NCBI RefSeq assembly: GCF_002105155.1
Contig: NW_019029003.1
Span: forward strand, 310,001 to 374,000
Direction: 5' to 3'
Length of the DNA: 64,000 nt
From: Lobosporangium transversale
Taxonomy: Eukaryota
Position 1 is the stretch's first letter. The number at the start of each line of letters is the position of its first letter. A model generated the notes under the pieces. That model was not told where the DNA came from. It made no database searches and saw only the letters and a program-made list of their open reading frames with translations. Below are positions 1-12,367 of the stretch, one piece after another. Position numbers and translations under genes: made by a program.

Positions 1-561
1 GCTCGTCTTCGTCTGGAGCGTGCAGGCGCGATCGTGTTCAAAGATGCATCAGCTAACAAGGGAGGAGTCACCTCATCCTCTTTAGAAGTCCTTGCTGCAT
101 TGGCGTTTACGGATGAAGAGTTTGCAGAACACATGCAAGTGACTGAGAGCCATATCCCAGCGTTCTATCAGGATTATGTTAAAGAAGTACAAGCGATCAT
201 TGAGCGCAATGCGCAACTAGAGTTTGAGGCCTTGTGGAGAGAGCATCAGCGGACTAGGACACCACGATCGATCCTATCGGACGAGCTGTCATTGGCAATT
301 GTGAAGCTGAATGAGGACTTACAGCACACGTCGTTGTGGGACAATGTGCCATTGCGCAAGGTCGTGTTGGAGGAGGCTTTCCCCAACCTATTGCTGAAGC
401 AATTGGGATTGGATACTTTAATGAAGCGTGTACCTGAGAACTATGTCCGAGCGATTTTTGGATCATATCTAGCCTCACGTTTTGTGTACAGATATGGCAC
501 CGAGCCCAGCCAATTTGCCTTCTTTGAATTCATGACACCATACTTCTCCAAGGTGCAATAA
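1..561 (+). CDS. GDH2: NAD-specific glutamate dehydrogenase, C-terminal part (5'-truncated by window edge)
   Basis: Motif KDASANKGGVTSSSLEVLAAL and C-terminal AIFGSYLASRFVY-YG typical of large fungal NAD-GDH; frame open from window start to TAA at 559-561. Confidence 0.92.
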   Translation, partial: ARLRLERAGAIVFKDASANKGGVTSSSLEVLAALAFTDEEFAEHMQVTESHIPAFYQDYVKEVQAIIERNAQLEFEALWREHQRTRTPRSILSDELSLAIVKLNEDLQHTSLWDNVPLRKVVLEEAFPNLLLKQLGLDTLMKRVPENYVRAIFGSYLASRFVYRYGTEPSQFAFFEFMTPYFSKVQ

Positions 562-857
562 GCGATGACAAGTATAAAGCTGTAGAAAGAATGGAAGAAC
601 AATGTTAAAAATAAAAAATAAAAAAAATGCGTGTATTACTCGGGTGATGTTTGCGAAAGAAACAGGGGTAAGAAATATACAAATATTGCTCATCTATTTG
701 ACAATATGCCAACGGTTCAGAGACCTTGCACATGCAAACAAGTCATAATTGTTCACGCGGGCGAAGCCCATTTCTCTTAATCTCCATTTGCCTTTTTTTT
801 TTTTTTTTTTTTTTGCCATTCATTGCATTTCATTCCAATACCATCGCAAACAACTCC

Positions 858-2347
858 ATGCGTTCGCTCGTATTTACTCTTGCACTCTCAGTTTCTGTTG
901 CGCTCGTTGATGTCGCAATAACGGTCTTGGCTGCTCCCACTCCTACTTCTGATAGTCCTATAAAGAAATCTGGACCTCGTCCTGTGGTGTTTTACCATGG
1001 CATGGGTGACTCTGCACACTCCAAGGGCATGCTCCAACTGTTTGACTCTATCCGTGCACTCGCTCCTGAAATCTTTATCCACAGTGTATCTCTTGCTTCA
1101 TCCGAGGCAGATGACCAACGTGCAGGCTTCTTTGGCAATGTGAATCTTCAGATAGAACAAGTCTGTCGACAACTCAAAGATCTTCCAGACCTCAAAGATG
1201 GGTTTAATGCTGTCGGGTTTTCTCAAGGAGGACAATTTTTACGTGCCTATATTCAACGTTGTAATGATCCTCCGGTCCATAACTTGATCACAGTAGGGTC
1301 ACAACATGGCGGGGTCGTTGATATCCCTGGATGTCTTTCTCCAGATCCCTCTTGTCGTCTGATGCGTTCCATTGCCAGAGGTGGTGTCTATAACGGATAC
1401 GTAAGAGAACGTATCGTCCAGGCACAATATTTCAAGGTGACACTCTATACTCTTTGTACCTTATTAAAAAAAAAAAAAAAAAAAAAAAAAGGTTCAAAGT
1501 ACTGATTCGATATTTCATAATACATCTTTAGGACCCACACAATCTGCAAACCTACCTTGAAAGAAACATCTTCCTTCCAGACATCAATAACGAATTAGAA
1601 TCCAAGAATGCTACCTACAAAAATAAACTCACCAGTATCAACAAATTGGTTATGTTTATGTTCCTCCAGGACATTACTGTCAAACCCAAAGAGACCGCTG
1701 TGAGTCGACCTTTTTTTTTTTTTTTTTTTTTTTTTTTTCCTTCCAATCAATGCGTTTTACATTTCTCTCTTTACATATCTTTTTTTTTTTTTTTTTTTTT
1801 TAATATCATCGTGGCAGTAACAGACTTATTGACCCTTTCTCCTATTTATTATTGTTATTAGTGGTTTGGTTTCCAAGACGAAAATGGCGAGATTATAGAC
1901 CTAAAAGATCAAGATCAATATAAACAAGACTGGTTAGGTCTCAAGACCATGGACCGAGCCGGAAAACTTGTGTTCGACGTCATGGAAGGCGAACATGTAG
2001 GTTACTATCTGCCTTAGTGGCAACATGAAAAAAACAAAAAAAAAAAAAAAAAAAAAAAAAGATAAATACTAATATGTATTTTTTTTTTATCTGGACATAT
2101 TTGGGACAATGCTTTAATATAACTACAGATGCAATTCTCGCTTGAAGACTTTGCAGAAAAGATCACAATTCCATATCTTCTTGAAATTGAAGACAGTATC
2201 ATCAACAATCGCTTGAAAAGTCAGGAAACGTACGATAAACACAGTGGAGTTAGAAAACACTACTATTGCAATGAAATCTCTGACCAATCCAAAATCACTG
2301 TCGACTGGGAAGTTAATCAGCAGCAGCAACAGCAACAAATCTTGTAA
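858..2347 (+). CDS. PPT1: Palmitoyl-protein thioesterase 1-like, secreted/vacuolar alpha/beta hydrolase (4 exons)
   Basis: Signal peptide after ATG 858; motifs PVVFYHGMGD, GFNAVGFSQGGQFLR, NLITVGSQHGG, QAQYF. Inferred exons 858-1436, 1532-1699, 1862-1996, 2129-2347 with GT-AG introns. Confidence 0.92.
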
Positions 2348-2426
2348 GACGTCCTTATATAGGTGTTATAAATAGTGCACTTGAACTAAAATCAATGTCC
2401 CATGATATCTGTGCGAAATCCATCCG

Positions 2427-5400
2427 TTATGCAGACTCACTTGAGAGTATCGACATAAAGTCCATAATGTGAATGACAGTTGGGTTCTGTTGAGACATAT
2501 CCTGCTGCACGACCACAACCCAATGTTGCTCTGGCTGTACTGCAAATTGTATATGCTTACGCTCCATCAACGAAACAGATATCAAGTTAATCGACCTCTC
2601 AGGCTGTCGCAATAGGCGACTATGGCCAGAGTTAGGGTCAGATTTCTCCGTCAGTCGGGATGGTATTTCTGAAGGGTTTCCTGATCCTGAGAGTGTCAAC
2701 ACTGGGGTATCCCTCTGCTGGGGGCATTTAGATCCGTCTCCGGGAGAGGGATACGGCGAAGATGAGAAAAGATCAGGTGGGCTTGACAATGTTGATACGC
2801 CAGAGAAAACGTCCGCTTCTTCCTCACGATCAGCCTTGTCTCGTTTTACTCTCTGTGGCACTTTTTCCTGATGAATTGAATCACTGGCTTGTTGAGGTTG
2901 TTGTGATGGTTCACTCCAGAAAGAAGAAAGATCGAGGCGTGGCGGCGGATCCATGACTGACAACTGGATCACTGGTTCCGATTTCAAAATGTCCCACACA
3001 CGCAAGGCATCTTTTCCGTTTTGTTTGACACTACAGGTAACAAACCGTGGTGTTGATGCAGCAAAAGAAATGGATGCAGATCCCTGAAACTTGTGCACAA
3101 GCTCAATAAGGTTGCCCTTTATCACAAACAAAGCACAACGATCAACTTCATTCCTGTCAGAATCATCCACTTCAGTATCACACGTCTTGAGGACTGCTAG
3201 GATAGGCCATTGAGAGTATGGTATACCCTCCGAATCCAAGATGTGTTTGTACTGTTTGAAGAAGTGTGTTGGAACGGTTGCGAACATAACCTCTGGTATT
3301 TGACGATTTAATGAGGAGTAACGAGGAAGAGATGATGGCAAGACGAATGAGGTATCTACGATTGATACTGGTTTTGTATGGTCGTTCAAATCCCTGCGAT
3401 TGAAAGAAAAAACAAAATGGTCAGAATTTGCACTTCCCTTAGTCACGTAAATATTTGTAGTAAAAGACATGTCCATCTCGTGTTACCATAGAACTAATTC
3501 GTGTTCACAAGATGCAAGAATCAGTGATGAAGCATTGCGAATACTGAGAACAGAATTCACAGGCCCTCGGGCTCCAGGAATAGACATCATCAGTGGTGAT
3601 ACTTTTGAAGTGACAGGATCATCATCGTTCGGGATAGGTATAAGACAAATTGATCCTGGCTTATCTGCAGCGAATACGAGTTGATATGAAGCCTCAGCAC
3701 CTTGATTTTGCGCGTTGACAACTAGGCTTCTACATAATAAAAAAGGTTTTGTTCCAGCCCATGAAACTTGTTTATAGTTGGTCGTTGAATCCTTCCAGTC
3801 GTCAACACCGTCCAAAGATACTTTTATAAATGACTGCTCAATCGGGTTCAAGAGAATCGCGAATGAATCATCCGGTGCAAATATGAGCTAAATGATAGAG
3901 GATGACAGATGGCTGATTTAGGAAATTGCGGTGAAATATAGAAGTTGTTTTTTTTACGAGCAATTAACCACAATGAACACAAAGCCACTGGAACATACCT
4001 GCATTGGAGACATAAACTCCTTGCTCACCTCTAAATATTTAAACCACCTGCTCTCCGAGAGACTGTCACCAATCAACCGCAAAAACCGCACATGCTGGTT
4101 TGTTTCTATCGCGATCCATTGCTTAGTATATCCGCACACGGCTGAGACCACACCACTCTCACAATCCTCTATACACCAGACGCCGTCAGCATAACGGGTG
4201 CTCTCCATGATACCAACATCAGATTTAGATCCCTGAGTAGCAACGAATGTAGTTTCTGTCGAAGGCAGAGCAGAGTCTATATGCTCATCTGGGTGCCTAT
4301 CTTCGGCCAACAAATCACTCAAAGTCATTCTCTCTTCCGTAGTCTGATCTTCTAGATCCTCAGGCGCACCATTTGACAGGAAGTCAGGCATGGGTAACGT
4401 TGGTTCATCTCCATGTAGGTCCACAATCGCATTATGCACAGGAGAGTTGCTAGTCACGGCCGTCGTCGTCTCATTTTCTTCCTCGGGAAGATCATCAAGC
4501 AAAAAGTTTGGCGCTGGAAGTGTTGCTTCTTCTTCGTTCGAGTCCTCTGAGTCTGGTATGATTTCATAATCCACTACAGGTATACGGCGCACAGGTGATG
4601 CTTTTTCTGATTTGATATATGGGTCAAAACTGGCAGCTGGGTCATCATCCTCCACGCTAGCCAAGATCTCTATCACGGAGTCTTTGCTCTTTCTTGGAGC
4701 TCGAATCGATGTAGAGACATTTACAGCTAGGTCATTGGCCTCTGCTTCGCTATTTTGTTGAGAGAGATCATACGCCGGGGTTTCTGGCTGCTCATACTCC
4801 TCTGTTTCCACATCTACAGGTGGGTGATTTGTTACATGTTCCTGAGATATCTCCCTTTTGTCCTGTGGCCCCAATGTACTTTCCAGAGGAGTTTTAAAAG
4901 ATACTACTTTGGTTGAAGGTTGCCTTGAGTCTATTCTAGAACGTTGCAATTGAGGTCGTTGCGTACCCTGATTTGATAATGCCTTGGAGGTAGGGGTAGC
5001 GGCAGTGGTAGTGGATTTCAATGTTGACTGAATAGTTGGGTTTTTCAAGGTTGATTCATGAATCACACCCTTGTCCTTTCTATTCCTCTGTTTAGTATTG
5101 GTGTTGACGTTGGCTGTATTGACAACATTGGTGCTATCTCCAAGTGCTTTCCTTTTTGGCTTTGAAGAAGTCGAATCAAGCGGATTCCTATTCTCCTTGT
5201 CCGAATCATTTGCATCACCCTCTTGAGCTTTTGCGCGAGCCCTCTTCTTCCGTGGCACATTTTCAGGATCTTGATAGATTTCGATCTTGGGTCGCTTCTT
5301 GTTGTCTCCTTTCTTGGCTGTATTTCCTACAGATTCACGACTAGAAGCTGCAGTAGTTGACGCCTGAGTCAAGTTTAATGGACCAGTATTCGACTGCAGT

Positions 5401-6020
5401 GGTTCCGTCTTAGCTGCTGATTGTTTGTTATCTGTACTTGCCGTTGCTGGACCTGCCTTGGACATGGGTTTAGCTTTGGTTTTAGCTTTCGCTTTGGCTT
5501 TAGCTGGAGCCTCAAGGGCAGGTATATTGCTCTGTGATTGGATAGTCGTACGTTGTGATGGAAAAGCTTCAGTATTTGGTCGTGATGACGCGATTGTCTC
5601 CCTATCTGTCAGTGCAGTTGAGGTTATGACAGGCACTCCACGTCTTCTTTCAGTACTCTTTTCATTGGGTTCGCTGGTGAGGACTGAGGGAGCGCGTTGG
5701 GAGTATCGGAGAAGATTTGGCAACAGTTTTTCTTTGATTTTCTCAAACTCTTCTAGCTCATGCGCTGTCAATGCTCGTGTCTGTATAACAATTTATCACA
5801 TATAAAAAAAAATAAAAAAATAAAAAATAATTAAACGGACGTCTTTGAGGCTTTCTGTGTTCGGATGTACAGTGAGAGTTGATTCTACCTGTCTGGTGAT
5901 GATGTACTGCTTAATGTTCTGTTGAAGCACCAGCATCTCTGCACCAGATAAAACTGGAGCTGTTGTCTCCGAAGTAGACGATTGCGCCAACGCATTTGTC
6001 TTCCGTCTACTTGCACTCAT
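2427..6020 (-). CDS. ~1109-aa protein: N-terminal helix, long disordered region, C-terminal WD40-like beta-propeller (PALB2-like architecture)
   Basis: Four ORFs join in frame through GT-AG introns 5840-5781, 3998-3888 and 3486-3394. Spliced product has WD-type motifs ELVLWDL and ALRVWDIL, a basic NLS-like PRKKRAR and an acidic linker. Confidence 0.75.
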
Positions 6021-6341
6021 AATAGGCTTCTACTGCCAGGTGACGTTGCTACTGCAAATCAAACGATTAAACGACCGACAAAGAAAGTGAATGGGTAAGA
6101 AACTCTACTACTCCAAATACAACTTGTGCTCGTTGTTATTGTTGTTGTTGTTGCTTTGAAACAGGTATTTCAGAAAGAGCGGACAAGAGCCGTGAGGGAC
6201 ATGACAAAAAGGAAAGGTTCAGAAACCAGCTCTGTCGTAAAGACTTTTTTGGCAGATTTTTCTGTTTTTATTTTTTATTTTGGCATTCATTTGCCACTTG
6301 TAACGCGATGTCTGAGCTTAGAAGTTCATGAAAAAATATTC

Positions 6342-7187
6342 CTACTTAAACTGGAAGTGAGCCTTAGTATTTATGTCAAGCTCATCGTTGCAGTCGCTTC
6401 CCTTCCATTCTATATATGATGTACAACTCTCAACAGCCTCCTTGACTTTCCAAAGCGAAGGAGTCAAGGCCACAGACAAGGGCACCTCCACCCCTTTAGG
6501 CACCAGCAATAGGATACCGTCAATCACCTGAGCAGTCTTGATGTCTGCTAGAGTAACGCTATGACCAACATAATGACCCTAATTACCGTTCTGCTTTAAG
6601 TGTTCTTCATGGCTTGAGATCCAATTCGCAAGGACTTCCTTTTGAAACTTATTAACCTCCTCTTCCACTAGAATCTCGGGACTGGCAGAGAGCACTTTAA
6701 GTCCAAACAACTGCTGCAACGTCTCTGCGCTATGGAGGTATTGGTCGATTAGATGCTCCTCCCAGATATTTGATCCTAGCAACTTGAACTTTGGAACAAG
6801 ATAGCGCTCAATTGTATTTGATTCTACTAACTCTAATGTAGCGCCCGAAGAGGTCTTCTCATTAACCACAGGTACAGCACGGAAAGGAGTCTAGGGCTTT
6901 TGCTTTGGCCAGTCCTAGTCATACAACATAAGGGTAAAAAAAGTTCATTTTTGGTTGATAGCTTTTGTGCTATAAAACAATTTTGTATTCAGTCTATTCA
7001 ATCTTACAACCGTAAGCTTCCCCCAGTTGGTGCCATGGTATGCAAGAATGTTTCGAATCAACTCGGTGCGACCTTATATGGGAGGGTACAGGACCTGGAA
7101 ATATAAGTCCGTAGAGTTGAGAGAAGCCTCAGCAAGATCTATCGACGAACCTCTTGTAACAATAGGAAGGGCGCTAGGAGAAGGCAT
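6342..7187 (-). pseudogene. Glutathione S-transferase pseudogene
   Basis: Conceptual translation FQVLYPPI*GRTELIRNILAY ... DWPKQKP*TPFRAVPV ... LVESNTIERYL ... HEEHLKQNGN*GHYVGHSVTLADIK matches GST N- and C-domain motifs. In-frame stops at 7074-7076, 6891-6893 and 6579-6581. Confidence 0.85.
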
Positions 7188-7605
7188 TGATGGAAGGAGG
7201 GGAAAAGAGAATGAAAAAGAGACGGAAGTGGGGTCTTTGGAGAAGGAAGAAGAATGGGATGGTTTATTTATGCAGCCAAATTTTTTATATTCGCTCCAAC
7301 TTTAAGAATTTGACCCCATTTTTTGAAGTCCAATATAATCTTTTATTCGAAACAACTTGCGCTGCATGAGTCGCATCATAAAATCCAACCAGGCCACCAT
7401 TCTCTACTAGAACATTGTCGTGTACAAAACTGAGATAGTGTCTTTATTCCCATGGATTCTTCACACTAATAGCGACATTTTATTCTGGCATCTATTATTG
7501 AATGCTTTATCAATGTTTTATTGTACTTTTTACTTTTTACTTTTACTTTTTATTTTATTTTATTTTAATCCGGCTTGATAACAGAAGGAGAATCATCACG
7601 TTTAC

Positions 7606-10600
7606 TTAGTTTCGATCAAATGGATAGGTAAATGGTTCTGGCATAGGCGCCTCCTCCTCTTCCACTTCCATCTTGTTGTCTGAAGCAGGAGCTGCAGCGC
7701 CAGCAGTTGTGGCCCTCGTTAAGAGCAGCATCTCGGGTTCACCGGGCCTGTTGTCCAACAGTACTACAATGCCACCAGTAACATCCTATTTTCAAATTCA
7801 CAGTCAGAATGCATCTTATTAATAATAGCTTCTTTCCTCACAGATTTTTAAAACGCTATTAAGGAAGTTAAGGATAATCAACATCATGTACCTTCTTGAC
7901 TGGGACATAGCGCGCCTCCTTGTCGAATGAGATGTATTTAAGTTGAGCAGGAAGAACACGTGCAAGGTTGCCTAGCTTCTCTGACTGAGGCTCTTTTTTA
8001 GGCTTGGCTGCGGCTTTAGCTTCTTCATCCTTTGCCTCCTCTGACTAATGACATGTCACAAATTGAGAAAAAAAAAAAAATTAGTATGGCTGACGGTCTA
8101 TCTCTGGGTCACAGAGCACATTCCAATAATAAGAATGATCAGCCTTTGAACTCACCTTCTCCTCCGGCTTCTCGTCTTCTTCCATGGCCTCTGGTTCTGC
8201 TGTCTTTGCCTTCTTAGCCTTGGCCTGGGCCTTAGCTGTTGTTGACAAAACTGCTGTAGCCACCTTTTCCACAACAGTGGCAGTTGGGGGCTTAGTAGGT
8301 GGAATGTATGCAAATAGAGAAGGCCTTGCGTTTGACGTAAATTCAATCGTTGGCATATTCAAGTCAGCGTTCACTCCAATTATGGCAGTTGGTGTAAACG
8401 CCAAACTCAAGAAGTGACTGGCGGGGTACCAGTACCAGAATTGTGTGAACAGGGCTACACCAACAATAGCTGGCATGTTTGAATGACCAGAACGAGATTG
8501 CAACGAGATTGTGACATTTCTTCCACCTGCGTCAATGATACCCTGCCCAAGGACAGCTCCAAACTTGGTAAGAGCATCCTCATTCTTCTTCTTGATAACT
8601 TCCTCGTACATTGTACGAACAGCCGCAGACTTTGGGTTCTGTACTTCGTTCTGCTGCATCAAAATCATAGCCAATGCAATAAAAGCGCCTTGGCGGACAA
8701 AGTCCACATTGTCCTTAGCCATTGGTTCTAGCAGTTCGATTGCCTCAAGTGAGCCAGTTCCTGCGCAAGAGATTCCAAGGGCCAAGCACGCACCATAGCG
8801 CACATGTGGATTGTAGCTCTCAGAGAGGAGCTGAACAATGCGTGGCACCTGCTTATGGGATCGGAAAAGGATAAAACCGAGAGCGGTGACAGCCGCACGT
8901 CTTACATCGTCGTTGACGTCACTGACAGCAACATGTAGAAGGCGGCGAATAGCCTTGTTGTTTCCAGTACCACAGTAAGCCATAGCAATAGTGTACATTC
9001 CACCGTATCGCAAAATAGGATCCTTATCTGCTGCAAGCTTCTCAATCAAAACATCAGCCGCATCCTCCTTGCCGTACATCACCAGAGAGATACCCACTGC
9101 CAATCCGCGAATGATCTTCTCATGCTGAGTTTCATGTGCATATTGCAGCATCTCATCCAAGGCTTTTTCTGATGCGGTACCAAGCATCACCATTCCCATT
9201 GCGAGACCAGCAGCCTCACCACCAATCGCGCTGTCGCTGAAGAGGACGCTTCTTAACTCTTCATAGATATCTATATAAGCAGCATAGTAAAGTTACGGAC
9301 ACTTGCCTAGTCAATACCTGAGTGTTTAAACATAGTCTCAAAAAAAAAAAAAAAAAAAAAGTCAAACGTATTACCGAGCTTATTACTCACCATTGTTATC
9401 CGTTGCCATTCCTGCAGTTCCAAGACCCAAGCAAGCACCATGTTGCAATACCTCAATCTGTGTGTTTTTCAGGACCCCGCGCAAGTAGTCCAGAACTTCA
9501 TCTCCATGGTTGGCATGAATGAGCCCGAGAGCAAAGAGAGAGCCTCCTTCCGAATAAGGGCTGGCTGTAACGCCGTCCTGTGGGAGATAAGGTGCAAGCA
9601 TTGTCATTCCTTGAGCAAGATGACCTTTATGGATAACGCCCAGAGCAGCTGTCGCGCTGAACTTCGACCAGTTTGTGGCGCGAGAAAGCCACTCCAGGTT
9701 CTGTCTCAAGAAATCATCGCTCGTTGTACCGGCATTCATGAAAGCATTTGCAAATGTAACTGCAGAGTGGTAGATGGAAAGACGTGCATCGAGTACCGTC
9801 TAAATAGGTCGTGACAAAAAAAAATCATGAACCAGATACAGCAAACAATTTAAAAGTCAGCTTCACAATTTTCAACAACAATCACCTAACAATAATTAAA
9901 AAAAAAAAAAAAAATGAAGATAAAAAAAAAGTTCATGACTTACTTTGGAATTCTTGAGAATAAGCATATCTGTGTGGTTATTGCGACAAAGAAATTCCAA
10001 TTGAAGTCTGATAGTCTCCTTCCCTGAAAGGATAGATTTGATTCTTTCGTACTTCTCATTAGGATCAGACGGGAGAGCAGTTGCCACTTTTTTCAAGTAC
10101 TTTTGTGTAGCATTGTTCTCGAGATCAAATGCAAGCTGATACGCCATCAACAAATCAGTCTAATTAAAATACAAAAAATATAGTTTGTTATAAATGATGA
10201 AAGAGATAAAGCTCTAATAATCAACAAGCATAACTAAAGCAGTTTGACACCACGAAATTTACCTGCACATCAGTGTTGACAAGGCTTTGAAGCAACTCTG
10301 CACTGGCTTGATGATCACCCAGATGCACAAGGCATTGGTTGATGGAGACATAATCGGGTTCTTCCAACTTTCGGAACTGGTCAACGAGGAGCTGCAAGAG
10401 TGTGTTACGATATGTCTGGTCAAGAACAACCGTCATAGCCAATTCATACACATAAGGAAGAATGTTTGAGGGGCCGCCAGCCTTAATTGAGTATTCCACA
10501 ACATCCAGACGGTGCGATTCCAACGCAATTCCTACGGCCTACGTAAATAGATATAATCTGACGGTCAATAAATATGCCAGTATGTGTACAGCACAAACCA

Positions 10601-11547
10601 TGGTGAGATGCGCAGACTGTTACCTGCTTGTACTCTCCATCCTGGTAGCAGCGATCAAACATCTTTTCTACCACATCTTTGAGCCTGGGGTCCAAGGGTT
10701 CTGCACTTTGTTCTTGTTGCTCCTGAGTCCGGAGAGCGATATACTTATCGATACATTTAGCTAGTAGATAACAAATTAACAATAGTAAGTCAACATTAGC
10801 CTTGACCTCACGATCCATTAAAATGTTCATTGATAGCGCTCTTGCAGACTTACAGACAATAGTATCAACGTATTCCGACTTTAAGAAGAGGTCAAAGAGA
10901 TTTCCAGCTCCAAGCGCAAAGTTGAGGGAGTCATCAAATTCGCCCAAATGATAGTAAACCTATGCCATATGTGGATTTTTAGGGCGCTAGTTAGATAAAA
11001 ATTGTCTCCGGTCAGGCAGGCGCTTTCACACAATGCGGTTTAATCCGATCTGTACCTTGGAGGCAACCAATGCTGCCAACTGTCTATCCTTGAACTCAGT
11101 ATCCTCGTACATAATTTCACTATGAATAAAACATTGACATAATATATGCTTGTCTATTAGACCGCTGTCCTGGCATTGCTGTCAAATGGCGAGTGTGAGA
11201 CGATAAAGAACAGATCTCCCATGACTTTTCTTTGCTTACATCTTGGAAACTGAATCCGATATTTCTGCCCAAAACTGATCCACAAGCCCGTTCAGTTTTT
11301 GAAGGGCATAGACCTTAAGATCATCGTCCTGTTCATCGAGGAGAGCAATGACTCCGGCTTTATACGATAAAGAAGATATTCAAAAGACAAACAGATTAAA
11401 AACACGATTTAATTGTTGGATAGTGACAAGAAAGGCTCGATTGTCAATAGATTATGGCAATGAGCAACTTTGCAATACACAAGATATATAAGAGCGAATA
11501 GAATAAGGCGCATGGGGATCCGTACCAGCAGAAGTGAGTCCAACCAT
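7606..11547 (-). CDS. RPN2: 26S proteasome regulatory subunit Rpn2/PSMD1 (multi-exon)
   Basis: Starts MVGLTSA; motifs [64 protein letters not shown]; ends [11 protein letters not shown]. Confidence 0.96.
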
Positions 11548-12003
11548 GGTTATAAGACGCTCTTGGGACGAGGGAGTAGGAGGTATGAATGAGGCAAGGA
11601 ATCAAGTTGCAGTTGATAGAGCGATGTGTCGTCAAGAGAAGAAGAAAAGAGTGTCCGCAAGTAAGTGTGTGCGGAGCAAGGCTGTGAGAATGAAAAAGAA
11701 ATAATGGAAGGAGCTATATCAATAAAAGAATGAATGTTTAGAAAATAAAAAGAAAAAAGTAATGGGTAAGAGAAGAAAAGAACAAGAAAGACCATGTCAC
11801 TATGGAGTAGATGCAGAACTCAGTCATCACAGTGTACGCGTAACGCGACTTACTCCTCCCACTCATTTTCACACACAAAATTTCGCTAATACTACGTCAC
11901 TGTTTAGAAAAAATACACCCCTCAAGCACCCTCTATACTGATAAAGTCAAGCTTTTTAGGTGGTAGTAACAATTATATGCAAGTCTACATTAACCACCAG
12001 TGA

Positions 12004-12037
<34 letters not shown>

Positions 12038-12367
12038 TGCCAAATTATCCAAACTTAAGAATCACCAATACTCTTTCAAACATGGAGTCTGAATACTGAT
12101 ATTGAAATATTTCAGGCTGGCAACAATAAAAAGGCAAATTGAATAGTCAATAACATAAGCCACTGAAAAAAAAAAAATGCTTGTACTTGAAACCTTCAAG
12201 TAACACCCACATCTCACACATGCAACTGAGTTCCTTCAGCTGATTCCACCATCACCCATCTCCATATAGGCACCACAGAAAAACAAAAGACTGCCTGCTC
12301 TTTCGCTTCGAGCTCCCTTGATTTTTTTTTCTTATTTTTTTCCTTAAACAATCTTATATAACACAGC

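Noticed and set aside
3477..3486. Apparent frameshift or 10-nt intron between ORFs 3483-3851 and 2427-3476
   Set aside because: Explained by a normal 93-nt intron (3486-3394) with a ctgac branch point, restoring LVLWDL.
6579..6581. Programmed readthrough or alternative genetic code in the GST
   Set aside because: There are three stops of two types, and TAA/TAG end normal genes elsewhere in the window; pseudogenisation is simpler.
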